From contig OZ241855.1 of the NCBI GenBank assembly GCA_965202785.1, positions 448,001-512,000 of the forward strand: a DNA stretch of 64,000 bases, given 5' to 3'. Origin of the DNA: Thermodesulfobacteriota bacterium (lineage in GTDB: Bacteria > Desulfobacterota_D > UBA1144 > Nemesobacterales > Nemesobacteraceae). Below the pieces are notes generated by a model that worked only from the letters and a program-made list of their open reading frames with translations, made no database searches and was not told the origin of the DNA. Position numbers and translations under genes: made by a program. Shown piece after piece: positions 22,094 to 33,682 of the stretch; position 1 is the first letter of the stretch, and each line of letters starts with the position of its first letter.

Positions 22094-24781
22094 ATGTCCC
22101 AGGACCCTCTCTATCTGATTGACGGCAGTTCGTATATATTCAGGGCGTATTACGGTGTAAGGGCCGATCTTTCCACTTCCGACGGGTTTCCAACCAACGC
22201 CGTCTACGGATTTGCGAACATGCTTCTTAAGTTTCTCAGGGAATACGAACCGAGGTACCTGGGGATGGTGTTCGATTCCAAGGGAGAAGTGTTCAGAAAC
22301 GAAATATACCCAGAGTACAAGGCCAACAGGGACGAGGCTCCAGAAAGCCTCCAGCTTCAGTTCCCTAAGATTTTCGAACTGGTACGGGCATTCTCAATAC
22401 CGATGCTTGCAATGGAAGGATACGAAGCCGATGACATCATTGGAACCATAGCCAGCGCGCAGGAAGGATCGAAGGTCGTTCTGGTCACGGGAGACAAGGA
22501 TTTCTGCCAGCTGGTGTCTGAAGACGTAACCTTGGTTGACACAATGAGGGAACGCGTAACCGGAGTGCAGGAAGTGCGCCAGAAGTACGGGATCGAGCCT
22601 GGACAGATGATTGATTTCTTCGCTCTTGTGGGAGACAAGGTTGACAACATTCCGGGAGTGGCGGGCGTAGGGGAGAAAACCGCTTCGGACCTTATATCCA
22701 AGTACGGGGATCTTGACGGCGTATACGCCAACCTCGAAGAGCTCAGCTCCAGCCGCGCTAAGAGGCTAAGAGAGCACAAAGACGACGCGTACCTTAGCCG
22801 CGAGCTCGTTACCATAAAAACGGACGTCGAAGTAGGAACCGGAATCGAGGACTTCAGGTACGGAGGATACGCGGCCGAAGATCTTCAGGAAATATTCAGA
22901 GAACTTGAGTTTGGAAAGCTCCTTGATGAGATCGGAGCCTCTCCCCCTCCAAGCAAAGGCGAAGCGCTAGGATACGATTCCTACGAAACTGTTTTCGACG
23001 AGGTATCCCTCGGCCGGATCATAAGCATGGTAGAGGAGGCAGGAGAACTATCAATAGATCTCGAGACGGATTCCAAACTGCCGATGAACGCAGGAATAGT
23101 CGGCTTTTCGCTGTGCACAGCCCCGGGACAGGCTTTTTACGTTCCCGTGGGACACACGGGCATTATGGAAACCGAAAAACAGATGAATATTGATACAGCT
23201 CTTTCAATGCTCAAACCCGTTTTGGAATCCGAGGATGTAAAAAAAATAGGTCAGAACATAAAATACGAGATGCTCGTGCTTAGAAACCACGGAGTCAGGC
23301 TCAGGGGAATTTGCTTCGACACGATGCTTGCGGCCCACCTGCTAGACGCTTCCCGGACAAGCTACAAGCTCGATGAGCTCTCAAGAACTGAGCTTGGCCA
23401 CAGGATGATCTCCTACGATGACGTTACGGGCAAGGGGAAATCCAAGAAGAACTTCGCCGAAGTTGATATCGAGACGGCGACAAGATATTCCTGCGAAGAC
23501 TCTGACGTGGCGCTCGTTCTTTCAAGGAAATTTCTCGAAGCTCTCAAGCAGGAGGAACTCTGGGATCTCTACAGGGAGAATGTCCTCGGACTTCTTCCTG
23601 TTCTCTGCGACATGGAGTTTACGGGCGTGAGTGTCAACACCGCGATTCTCGAGGAGATGTCGGAGGAATTTGAAAAGGACCTCGGTTCAATCAAGGCCGA
23701 GATATACGAAAAAACCGAAGGAGAGTTTAATATAAATTCAACGAAGCAGCTCTCCGAGGTGCTTTTCGAAAAGTTGAGGCTTCCCGCCAGAAAGAAAACC
23801 GCCAAAGGCGCTTTTTCCACTGATTCAGAAGTGCTTAGAGATCTTTCGACAATCCACGAAGTGCCCCGTCTCATACTGAGGCACAGGTTTCTCTCCAAAC
23901 TGAAATCCACTTACATTGATCAGCTCCCAAGGCTCATCAATCCGGCCACGGGAAGGATTCACACCTCTTTTAATCCTGCCGGCACTTCAACCGGAAGGCT
24001 GAGCTCGAGCGATCCCAATCTTCAGAACATCCCGATAAAAACCGAGGATGGGAAAAGAATCCGAAAATCGTTCGTGGCGAAAGACGGCTGCGTTGTACTG
24101 TCGGCCGATTACTCACAGATAGAACTTCGCCTGCTCGCCCATTTCTCGGGGGATCCAACCCTGCTTGAGGCGCTTCGAGCTGACAAGGACGTGCACGTCG
24201 CAACGGCCTGCGAAATCTTCAACGCAGGCGAAGACCGGATTACCTCCGAGATGCGGAATCTCGCCAAGACTATAAACTTCGGGATAATATACGGGATAAG
24301 CGCTTTCGGTCTTTCAAAACAGCTCGGTACCACGGTCTCGGTCTCGAGAAATTACATAAACAGGTATTTTGACAGATATTCGGAAGTGAAGACCTATATG
24401 CAGTCATCGGTTGAGGATGCACGGAGCAGGGGCTACACCGAGACGCTTATCGGAAGAAGAAGGCCCATACCGGAGCTTGTGTCGGGGAACAGAGTGGAAA
24501 GGAGCAGAGGTGAGCGGGAAGCCATAAACACTCCGATACAGGGGTCTGCGGCAGATATAATAAATCTGGCGATGATCCGCATATTCAGAAGATTTGAGGA
24601 AGGAGGATTTCGCTCCAAGATGATTCTTCAGGTTCACGACGAACTTCTTTTCGAGGTTCACGAGACGGAACTTGAAGAACTGAAATTTCATATAAAAAAC
24701 GACATGGAAAACGCTTGGGAGCTTAATGTACCGCTCAGAGTGGAGATGCGCGCCGCGGAGAACTGGGCTGAAGCCCACTGA
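22094..24781 (+). CDS. polA: DNA polymerase I
   Basis: LIDGSSYIFRAYY, DLET, TGRLSSSDPNLQNIP, ADYSQIELR, QVHDEL. Confidence 0.99.
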   Translation: MSQDPLYLIDGSSYIFRAYYGVRADLSTSDGFPTNAVYGFANMLLKFLREYEPRYLGMVFDSKGEVFRNEIYPEYKANRDEAPESLQLQFPKIFELVRAFSIPMLAMEGYEADDIIGTIASAQEGSKVVLVTGDKDFCQLVSEDVTLVDTMRERVTGVQEVRQKYGIEPGQMIDFFALVGDKVDNIPGVAGVGEKTASDLISKYGDLDGVYANLEELSSSRAKRLREHKDDAYLSRELVTIKTDVEVGTGIEDFRYGGYAAEDLQEIFRELEFGKLLDEIGASPPPSKGEALGYDSYETVFDEVSLGRIISMVEEAGELSIDLETDSKLPMNAGIVGFSLCTAPGQAFYVPVGHTGIMETEKQMNIDTALSMLKPVLESEDVKKIGQNIKYEMLVLRNHGVRLRGICFDTMLAAHLLDASRTSYKLDELSRTELGHRMISYDDVTGKGKSKKNFAEVDIETATRYSCEDSDVALVLSRKFLEALKQEELWDLYRENVLGLLPVLCDMEFTGVSVNTAILEEMSEEFEKDLGSIKAEIYEKTEGEFNINSTKQLSEVLFEKLRLPARKKTAKGAFSTDSEVLRDLSTIHEVPRLILRHRFLSKLKSTYIDQLPRLINPATGRIHTSFNPAGTSTGRLSSSDPNLQNIPIKTEDGKRIRKSFVAKDGCVVLSADYSQIELRLLAHFSGDPTLLEALRADKDVHVATACEIFNAGEDRITSEMRNLAKTINFGIIYGISAFGLSKQLGTTVSVSRNYINRYFDRYSEVKTYMQSSVEDARSRGYTETLIGRRRPIPELVSGNRVERSRGEREAINTPIQGSAADIINLAMIRIFRRFEEGGFRSKMILQVHDELLFEVHETELEELKFHIKNDMENAWELNVPLRVEMRAAENWAEAH

Positions 24782-24798
24782 CCTAAAAGAATGCAGCA

Positions 24799-26202
24799 AT
24801 GACGAATTCCAGAAGAAAAATCTTGATTCTGCGCACCTTGGTTTTACTCTTTGCCTTTCTGCCGGCCGCCTCCTCCTATGCTGATGTAAACCACAAGAAA
24901 ATCCTTTCCTTTCTCTCAAAAACCCCCCCGTCGCAAAGAAAAATCGGGATCATGGTCCGTTCGGCCGATACCGGCAGAACGGTTTTCCGCTATAACAGCA
25001 AAAAGGAGTTCATCCCCGCTTCCAACAACAAAATACTTTCCTCCATAGCGGCTCTTTCCATCCTCGGAAAAAATTTCCGGTTCAAAACGAAGTTTTATCT
25101 GGGCGGAGGTATACACTCGGGAGTAGGCCACGGCGGTCTTTACGTAAAAGGGTTCGGAGATCCCACGATAGACATCGGGAAACTTCGGGAGATTGCCGGG
25201 CGGATTGAAGCACTCGGGATAACCAGAATCGACGGTGGCATATATCTTGACGGTTCATATTTTGACGACAATCTCTACGGACAGGGCTGGGACCCTGAAT
25301 GGTTCGACAAAGGATTCTGCCCTCCCGTAACGGCGATTTCGTTTAATTACAACTCGGCCAAGATAAAGATTTCCGCGTCCAGAGTGCAGGGGGTACCCGC
25401 AATAGTGAGAACGGAACCCGCGGAGTTCCCCTTCCCGATTAGAAACAGGGTTTCCACTAGGCTGAAAAGGTCGGGCGTTAGAGCAGCATACAACGAACGA
25501 AACGAACTCAAGATCTCCGGATACGTCTCCTCCCGAAAAAAAGCCGAGACCCTGGAGATTTCGGTGCCAGACCCGTTTTTTTACTTCGGGGCGGTATTCA
25601 AGAGAGTTCTCGAGGAAAACGGAATCGAGGTAAGCGGGCCCATAAAACGTGGGAAGGTGCCTCGATGGTCCGGCAAAATTCTCACTCATTATTCAGAACC
25701 TCTAGGCACTATTATTCATGAGTACAACAAAGAAAGCGTAAACATAATAGGGGAGAGCATAGTGAAGGCGATCGGCGCCGAGTTCTCCGGCGCCCCGGGC
25801 TCATGGGAATCCGGAACGCGCGTGATTGAAAATCACCTGAGAAGAATCGGTCTCAATGGTAGCTTCTCCGTGGCCGACGGTTCCGGTCTGTCAAGGCTGA
25901 ACAGAGTGTCACCCGAGAACATAACCGAGGCGCTCGCCAAAGCCTACAACAATCCGGATATTTCCGAGGAGTTTGTCGCGTCCCTTCCGATCGCCGGAGT
26001 TGACGGAACTCTCAAGAAAAGATTTCGTAACCTCAAGGGCAAGGTCTACGCGAAAACCGGATATCTTGAAGGAGCCAGATCCCTGTCCGGCTACGTATTC
26101 GGAAAAAACGGGCGGGTTTATGTTTTTTCCATCATATCAAACGGCATGGGAGCAAGGGTAAAGAAACTTCAGAACCTGCTTCTTCGGGAACTCGTCTACT
26201 GA
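24799..26202 (+). CDS. dacB: D-Ala-D-Ala carboxypeptidase/endopeptidase PBP4
   Basis: PASNNK (SxxK), SVN (SxN), DGSGLSR, AKTG. Confidence 0.93.
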   Translation: MTNSRRKILILRTLVLLFAFLPAASSYADVNHKKILSFLSKTPPSQRKIGIMVRSADTGRTVFRYNSKKEFIPASNNKILSSIAALSILGKNFRFKTKFYLGGGIHSGVGHGGLYVKGFGDPTIDIGKLREIAGRIEALGITRIDGGIYLDGSYFDDNLYGQGWDPEWFDKGFCPPVTAISFNYNSAKIKISASRVQGVPAIVRTEPAEFPFPIRNRVSTRLKRSGVRAAYNERNELKISGYVSSRKKAETLEISVPDPFFYFGAVFKRVLEENGIEVSGPIKRGKVPRWSGKILTHYSEPLGTIIHEYNKESVNIIGESIVKAIGAEFSGAPGSWESGTRVIENHLRRIGLNGSFSVADGSGLSRLNRVSPENITEALAKAYNNPDISEEFVASLPIAGVDGTLKKRFRNLKGKVYAKTGYLEGARSLSGYVFGKNGRVYVFSIISNGMGARVKKLQNLLLRELVY

Positions 26203-27014
26203 TTTATTGCGTGGAAGCTGTCGGCCAATCTCGCGAATTCCTCAACCGAAAGGGATTCCGCCCTTCTCCGCTGATCGATACTCGAATCTGAAAGCGCCCG
26301 TTCAACGGTCTCCCTCTCAAAAAAGTTGCCGAGCGAATTTCTTATGGTCTTTCTCCGCGAGGAGAACGCGTATCTGGTAACAGTCCTGAAGGTTTTCTCG
26401 CTCGATACAGAAAAAACAGGCTCTTTAAGCGGGTCGAGCACCACCACCGCAGAATCCACCTCGGGAACCGGATAGAACGCATGCCGGGAAACCTTGAAGG
26501 CTGTCTCCACGCTGAAACAGCTCTGGAGAAGTACCGAGAGGGAGCCATAGCTTTTCCGCCCCTTTGCAGAACATATCCTCTGTGCCACTTCCTTTTGCAG
26601 CATCACAACTATTCTCGAGAAAAGTTCTCTTTCATCAAGAAGCTTAAGCAGAATCCGGGTGGATATGTTATAGGGAAGATTGGATACAAGTTTCGTTTTT
26701 CCCCTGTCGGAAAAACGGCTGAAATCGATTTTAAGAACGTCTTCGTAAACAAATCTGACGTTTGCAGATTCCCCGAATTTCCCGTCAAGAAAGGTTCTCA
26801 GCCTCTCGTCCTTCTCAATTGCCGTGACTCTGCCGGCGCCGTGCGCGAGATGCTCCGTGAGGCTGCCTTTGCCAGGTCCGATTTCAATCACATGATCTTC
26901 TTTGTGTAGCTTTGCTGTCGCGCAGATCTTACGGAGTATGTTAGGATCATTCAGAAAATTCTGTCCAAGCCTCTTAGTCTGCCGGAATATCTGCTCCCGC
27001 TTCATATCATCCAT
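26196..27014 (-). CDS. rsmA: 16S rRNA adenine dimethyltransferase
   Basis: LGQNFL, EIGPGKG, SNLPYNIS, MLQKEVA. Confidence 0.97.
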   Translation of the reverse strand: MDDMKREQIFRQTKRLGQNFLNDPNILRKICATAKLHKEDHVIEIGPGKGSLTEHLAHGAGRVTAIEKDERLRTFLDGKFGESANVRFVYEDVLKIDFSRFSDRGKTKLVSNLPYNISTRILLKLLDERELFSRIVVMLQKEVAQRICSAKGRKSYGSLSVLLQSCFSVETAFKVSRHAFYPVPEVDSAVVVLDPLKEPVFSVSSEKTFRTVTRYAFSSRRKTIRNSLGNFFERETVERALSDSSIDQRRRAESLSVEEFARLADSFHAINQ

Positions 27015-27079
27015 CCGTTCAAGGCGGAGACTGTTTCAGAACAGTCTTTAAATATGGAAGCAAAGAATGAAGGTCAAAG

Positions 27080-27355
27080 TTATTCTTCTTTGAACCTGAA
27101 TATCTTTTCTTTGTCTTTTATCATCCCCAGTTCCTCTCTCAGTATTTTCTCAATGTATCTTTCGTCTTGCTTCAGGGCTTTTATTTCCCCTCTGTACACC
27201 CTGTTCTGCGCTTCTAAATCCTCTATTCTCTTCTCTATTCTCTTGTTTTCGTTCTTGAGAAAATAGACCTTGGAAATCTCGTTGAAAAACATCAAGGCCA
27301 CCACCACGGCAATCACCGAGTACACAGCTAATCTGATAAATCTTCCCGGTCTCAT
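27080..27355 (-). CDS. septum formation initiator (FtsB/DivIC family)
   Basis: TM helix, coiled coil, IEKILREELGMIK.KEKIF. Confidence 0.85.
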   Translation of the reverse strand: MRPGRFIRLAVYSVIAVVVALMFFNEISKVYFLKNENKRIEKRIEDLEAQNRVYRGEIKALKQDERYIEKILREELGMIKDKEKIFRFKEE

Positions 27356-27362
27356 ATCTCCT

Positions 27363-28004
27363 CTAAAGGGCAAAAGTTCCCACGAGAAAAGGATTGGTTC
27401 TTTTTTCAATTCCCACTGTTGTTTGAGGACCGTGGCCTGGGTGGATTTCGTAATGGTCGGGATATTTAAGAATCTCGGAGCAGATCGACCCGACAAGCTC
27501 CGTCATGTTCGTTCCCCCGGTGAGATCCACCCTGCCTACGCTTCCAGCGAAAACAGTGTCTCCAGCTATTATCGATTCTCCAAAAACAAAACATATATGC
27601 CCCCAGGTGTGTCCCGGAACAAGGAGTATCTCTCCTTTAAGATTCCCCACAGAAAGAGTTTCTCCTTCTTTCACGTAACCTTCTACCTCGGGGACTTCGA
27701 CGAAATCAAATCCGGGGAATCTCATCTTCGCCTCGGGAAGCAAATCAAGTACGGGTCGTTCTTTTTCATGTATGTAAAAGGGTATGCCAAGCATTTTCTT
27801 GAAAGTCTCGACGCCGGCCACGTGATCCAGGTGCGTGTGGGTGTTAACTATCTTTTTTACCTCGAGCCCCGATCTTTCAATTTCCTCGGATATCTCCGCT
27901 ATCTGCTCTCCGGGATCAACGAGCATAGCCTCGTTCGTATCTTCATCCCCTATGATGTAACAGTTTTCAATGAATATCCCGCCCGGGATGCATTTTATTA
28001 TCAA
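27363..28004 (-). CDS. MBL-fold metallo-hydrolase (glyoxalase II-like)
   Basis: THTHLDH, PGHT.GH, GDTVF.GSVGR, PGHG. Confidence 0.92.
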   Translation of the reverse strand: MIIKCIPGGIFIENCYIIGDEDTNEAMLVDPGEQIAEISEEIERSGLEVKKIVNTHTHLDHVAGVETFKKMLGIPFYIHEKERPVLDLLPEAKMRFPGFDFVEVPEVEGYVKEGETLSVGNLKGEILLVPGHTWGHICFVFGESIIAGDTVFAGSVGRVDLTGGTNMTELVGSICSEILKYPDHYEIHPGHGPQTTVGIEKRTNPFLVGTFAL

Positions 28005-28294
28005 CCTGATCTCCTTTGAGTCTTGTTTATACGAAAATCGATGAACCCGCCCTCAGGTGGAAGCCACTTGAATTCAACCGACTCGACCTTTGCGTGGGGC
28101 GGCCCTTCTCCGCACCACTCAATCAGCTTTTCGAGGTTCTCGGTCGTTCCTTCAGCGACTATTCTGACGGTTCCATCCATGAGGTTCTCGACATGTCCCT
28201 TGATGCCAAGCTCAGTCGCTGTTTGGGCCGTCGAGGCTCTGAAATAAACTCCCTGTACCCTTCCCTTTATCAGGATAACGGCTCTTCGTTCCAT
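28001..28294 (-). CDS. acyP: acylphosphatase
   Basis: GRVQGVYFR, GHVENL.DG.V, GPP.AKV. Confidence 0.93.
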   Translation of the reverse strand: MERRAVILIKGRVQGVYFRASTAQTATELGIKGHVENLMDGTVRIVAEGTTENLEKLIEWCGEGPPHAKVESVEFKWLPPEGGFIDFRINKTQRRSG

Positions 28295-28379
28295 CCGATT
28301 CTTCCAGAGTACCGAAAGGCTCTGTCAGTGTCAATGAACATAGAGATTCGGGGACTTTAAAGTAAGCACCGGAGCATGA

Positions 28380-29774
<1,395 letters not shown>

Positions 29775-29816
29775 CCGTCATAAGAATCGTTCGGCAACCT
29801 GAATAACCCATTGTTC

Positions 29817-31235
29817 TCAGCCGCTATCAACAATGTCTGTTCGGATGGCTGAGGCTTTTTTCGAAACCCGAAATCTCCACCATTCCCAAGCGAGAAGGAT
29901 CCACACGGGCGCAAACTCTATCCATATCACCGCGTCTCCAAATATTCCACCTTCCTCCGGGTGAGAGGGGAAATAGTACTGAAGGTAATAAAGAGGGAGC
30001 AGTGCGGTTAGAGCAAGAAAACCCGGGCTTGGAGCTATGCAGAGAAACGGAAGAAGCCACGTGTAGTACCAAGGAAACTGTGCCGGGATCAGCAGAAACA
30101 CACCTCCAATTATAAGAAGAGCCTTTCTGTGGAGACCTAAAGGCCTGCATGCAAAAGCCACGTAAAACTTCCAGAGAAGAAAAATCGCGACGAGACCAAT
30201 TCTTGAATGTTTCTGCGCATGTCCGGGGTGAATATCAAACGCCTCCAGAACAAACTCCCATCCCGAAAGAATCGCCGCGAAGAACGGACTGTTGTTCTGC
30301 CAGCTTTTTCCGTACGCTACGATGCCGGAAGTCGAATCCAGCTTAAATACAACCATGGGAAGAAATATGACTAAGACCGCAGTGGCGAAAATAAAGATCT
30401 GCAGCAGCGTTCGCCGTTTCTCCTTAAGGGGATTTAAAAACATTCCGAAAAGAAGCGCCGGCCAGAGCTTGACTCCCACCGCCAAGGAAAGGACGAGCGT
30501 CCAGAGCCTTTTCCTTTCGCAGAGAAAAAGAAGAATTGCTCCCAGCACGAACGGAAACGCCAGGACGTCCATGTGCAGGGAATTGAATATCTCCTTCACC
30601 AGAAGCGGGTTCCACCAGTAGATAATGGAATATTGACGAGGAATGCCGAGTTTCTTCAAACTAGCAAGCAGAAGTCCCAGCGTAACCAAGTCAAACACCA
30701 TGAGCAGAATCCTCCACGCCGTGATACTCATGGGAGATATCTTGTAGGATACGGCAAAGAAGAATTCCGCTATAGGCGGATAGATGGTTTTTACATGAGG
30801 GTGATTTACTTTCTCAAGCGTATTGCCGTAGAGGTTCCTGAGTTCCTTAAGTTTTTCGTTTCCCACGCCTTTTATCACTTCCTCCGGGGAGTACTCGTAG
30901 GGATTCATTCCGCTTGCAACAACGGCGCCGTCCCAGAAGTAGCGGTGATAGTCGTTTTCAAGTATCGGGGTTGAAAAAAGAAACAGAACACGGAACCCGA
31001 TACCAAAAAGAATTATTAGAAGAAGCGAACACGCACGATTTTTTCTGAAACTTCCCACCGCCGCGAAGTAAACAGCGGAGGAAGCAACCAGAAGCGATAT
31101 GAAAACCGGTATGAGATCTCTCTTAAAAGCCCCGGAGGTAAGTTCCGGGGAGATTTTGGCGATAGCTCCAAGCAGGAGAAAAACAGCTGTTCCGCACAGG
31201 AGAAGGAGCCAGTTCGCTTTATTGATTTTCCGCAT
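29817..31235 (-). CDS. polytopic GT-C fold (GT87-like) glycosyltransferase
   Basis: DYHRYFWDG, NPY..SP, TIYPP, WWNPL, H.D, PWYYTW; many TM segments. Confidence 0.75.
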   Translation of the reverse strand: MRKINKANWLLLLCGTAVFLLLGAIAKISPELTSGAFKRDLIPVFISLLVASSAVYFAAVGSFRKNRACSLLLIILFGIGFRVLFLFSTPILENDYHRYFWDGAVVASGMNPYEYSPEEVIKGVGNEKLKELRNLYGNTLEKVNHPHVKTIYPPIAEFFFAVSYKISPMSITAWRILLMVFDLVTLGLLLASLKKLGIPRQYSIIYWWNPLLVKEIFNSLHMDVLAFPFVLGAILLFLCERKRLWTLVLSLAVGVKLWPALLFGMFLNPLKEKRRTLLQIFIFATAVLVIFLPMVVFKLDSTSGIVAYGKSWQNNSPFFAAILSGWEFVLEAFDIHPGHAQKHSRIGLVAIFLLWKFYVAFACRPLGLHRKALLIIGGVFLLIPAQFPWYYTWLLPFLCIAPSPGFLALTALLPLYYLQYYFPSHPEEGGIFGDAVIWIEFAPVWILLAWEWWRFRVSKKASAIRTDIVDSG

Positions 31236-31287
31236 CAATAGGTACAATTACGAAAATAATGTTTCATTCGGTTCGGAATCCCGGAAG

Positions 31288-31830
31288 ATGAGCGAGAGTA
31301 GAGACAAATTAAAACTAATTCTAAAAAGCAAATCAATCCTGCTCGGAAACTTCACTCTGGCATCGGGAAAGCAGAGTTCCTACTACATTGACGCCAGGCT
31401 CACGACCCTGGACCCTGAAGGCGCCCATTTGATATCAAAAATATTCCTGGGCGAAATCGCCGCTCAGGGAGGCGTAACCGCCGTCGGAGGACCGTCCACG
31501 GGCGCCGACCCGATGGTGGGAGCCATAATTTCCAAAAGTTATGAGCAGGGCATGCCGCTTCGCGGATTCATAGTAAGAAAGAAGGAAAAGGAACATGGGA
31601 CCGGAAACATGATAGAGGGCGGACTTACCCAGGGAGACAGTGTGGCAATAGTTGAGGACGTGATTACGACCGGCGGTTCCGTGCTAAGAGCCATTGATCT
31701 TGTCGAGTCCGCCGGAGCCAAAGTCCGCGGGGTTCTCTGCGTCGTCGACAGGGGAGAGAACACAGAAAAAGCCTTCGTTGAGCGGGGCTGTAGCTTTTTT
31801 TCCATATTCAGGGTTTCGGAACTTCTCTAG
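31288..31830 (+). CDS. pyrE: orotate phosphoribosyltransferase
   Basis: FTLASG.QSSYYID, VRK.EKEHG, IVEDVITTGGS. Confidence 0.96.
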   Translation: MSESRDKLKLILKSKSILLGNFTLASGKQSSYYIDARLTTLDPEGAHLISKIFLGEIAAQGGVTAVGGPSTGADPMVGAIISKSYEQGMPLRGFIVRKKEKEHGTGNMIEGGLTQGDSVAIVEDVITTGGSVLRAIDLVESAGAKVRGVLCVVDRGENTEKAFVERGCSFFSIFRVSELL

Positions 31831-31929
31831 AAAACTCCACGCCTAACCCTTTTGTTTTTCGCACAAACCGGAATGATATTTGGTTTTTACGTAATCACTG
31901 CCGCCTACATTTAGCGGGGAGACAATTTA

Positions 31930-32937
31930 TTGAGCGTCTTGCTTGTTGTAACACTTGTGCTTTCGGGATTTCTGGCCCTTAACATAGGAGCCAACAATTC
32001 CGCGGCGTCCATGGCGACATCATACGGTGCCGGCGTAAGGTCGAAAAGACAGGCCGTATGGCTTATAGCTGTCTTTGCTCTCCTCGGAGCGCTTACGGCC
32101 GGAGCCCCCGTGGTGGAGACCGTAGGCAAGGGAATAGTGCCGGCCGAGACCCTCTCTTCCGATATAGGCTTCATATTTATAATTCTGCTTCTCGGGATAG
32201 GTTTCATCGCCTGGGCAAATGTGGTCCGCACGCCCATAGCCACCACCCACGCCATAGTGTGCGCCATAGTGGGAATCGGTCTTTATACCCAAACGCTTAA
32301 TTCCGACAGCTTCATCCGGGTACTCAAATGGTGGATCCTGGCGCCGATAGTCGCCTGGGTAATAAATTTCGCCGTGGCAAAGTTTTTCTATTTCAAGATA
32401 GTCCATTACCTTGCAAGTAATTTCTCGGAGAAAAGAGTCAATGTTATCCTGACCGTGCTGATTACCATATCCGGAACTTTTATTGCCTTCTCAGGGGGCG
32501 CCAACAATTCCGCAAACGCCATAGGCCCCATAGTAAGCCTGGGGCTAATAGACTCCTATCCGGGCGCGATTCTTGCCGGTGTCGCAATGGGAGTGGGAGC
32601 AATTCTGCTGGGAGGCCGGGTTCTAGAGACGCTGGGGAAAAAAATAACGGAGATATGCATAATAAGGGCTATCTCGGTTGAGTTTACGGCAGCAGTGATA
32701 ATACTGCTCGCCTCGTTATACGGAATTCCGGTTTCGATCGCCGAGATAGTAACGGCCGGGGTTGTGGGTTTTTCGTGCGCGCAGCACGGATTCGCCCGGA
32801 CTTCCAAAAACAGCCATGTTGTAAAAATCGCTTTTTTCTGGTTTGTTGTTCCTATAATAACCGTAGGGGTAAGTTATTACGTATCCCTCATATACATAAA
32901 GTACGGCCTGTCGTCGTACCTGAGTTTTCTGGGTTAA
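31930..32937 (+). CDS. PiT-family anion permease, probably sulfate permease (CysP-like)
   Basis: Two GANN signature repeats; directly abuts cysH. Confidence 0.8.
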   Translation: MSVLLVVTLVLSGFLALNIGANNSAASMATSYGAGVRSKRQAVWLIAVFALLGALTAGAPVVETVGKGIVPAETLSSDIGFIFIILLLGIGFIAWANVVRTPIATTHAIVCAIVGIGLYTQTLNSDSFIRVLKWWILAPIVAWVINFAVAKFFYFKIVHYLASNFSEKRVNVILTVLITISGTFIAFSGGANNSANAIGPIVSLGLIDSYPGAILAGVAMGVGAILLGGRVLETLGKKITEICIIRAISVEFTAAVIILLASLYGIPVSIAEIVTAGVVGFSCAQHGFARTSKNSHVVKIAFFWFVVPIITVGVSYYVSLIYIKYGLSSYLSFLG

Positions 32938-33666
32938 ATGAAGTTCTCTGAAGAAGACGTAAAAAACCTAAATCGCGAGTTTGAGCAAAGTTCTCCCGAG
33001 GATATCCTCGCCTGGGCTTCTGCGAACCTCGGCCGCTCAGTGGCCCTTGCGACCAGTTTTCAGGTCCAGGGAATGGTGCTTGTCGACATGTTCGCAAAGA
33101 TGGACCCCGAAGCGAGAATCTTCACTCTTGATACGGGAAGGCTTCATTCGCATACATATGACGCAATGGAGAGAACAAGAGAGAAGTACGGCATCAATAT
33201 CGAGGTGCTTTTTCCCGACAGAGATGAAGTGGAGGAAATGGTGACAAGCCGCGGCGTGAATCTTTTCTACAAAAGCGTTGAGAACAGAAGACTCTGCTGC
33301 CAGGTGAGGAAAACCAATCCCCTGAACGGATTCCTAAAAGCCCTTGACGGCTGGATTACCTCGATAAGGGCGGACCAGACGGAGCAGCGTGCGGAGTCAA
33401 GCAAGTTTGAGATCGACTACATGCACGGAAGGATGCTCAAGATAAACCCGATGCTTGACTGGACCACCGAGCAGGTATGGGATTACGTAAGGAAAAACGA
33501 TGTTCCCTACAACAAGCTTCACGACATGGGATATCCAAGCATAGGATGCGCTCCCTGCACAAGGGCCGTCGAAGAGGGAGAAGACCCTAGGGCCGGCAGG
33601 TGGTGGTGGGAGCAGGGCTCGGACAAAGAATGCGGAATTCACTTCAGTCACGAACCGCAGTCTTAA
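32938..33666 (+). CDS. cysH: adenosine 5'-phosphosulfate (APS/PAPS) reductase
   Basis: LDTG, CC, SIGCAPCT, ECGIH. Confidence 0.95.
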   Translation: MKFSEEDVKNLNREFEQSSPEDILAWASANLGRSVALATSFQVQGMVLVDMFAKMDPEARIFTLDTGRLHSHTYDAMERTREKYGINIEVLFPDRDEVEEMVTSRGVNLFYKSVENRRLCCQVRKTNPLNGFLKALDGWITSIRADQTEQRAESSKFEIDYMHGRMLKINPMLDWTTEQVWDYVRKNDVPYNKLHDMGYPSIGCAPCTRAVEEGEDPRAGRWWWEQGSDKECGIHFSHEPQS

Positions 33667-33682
33667 AGATCTGAGGGCGCTC

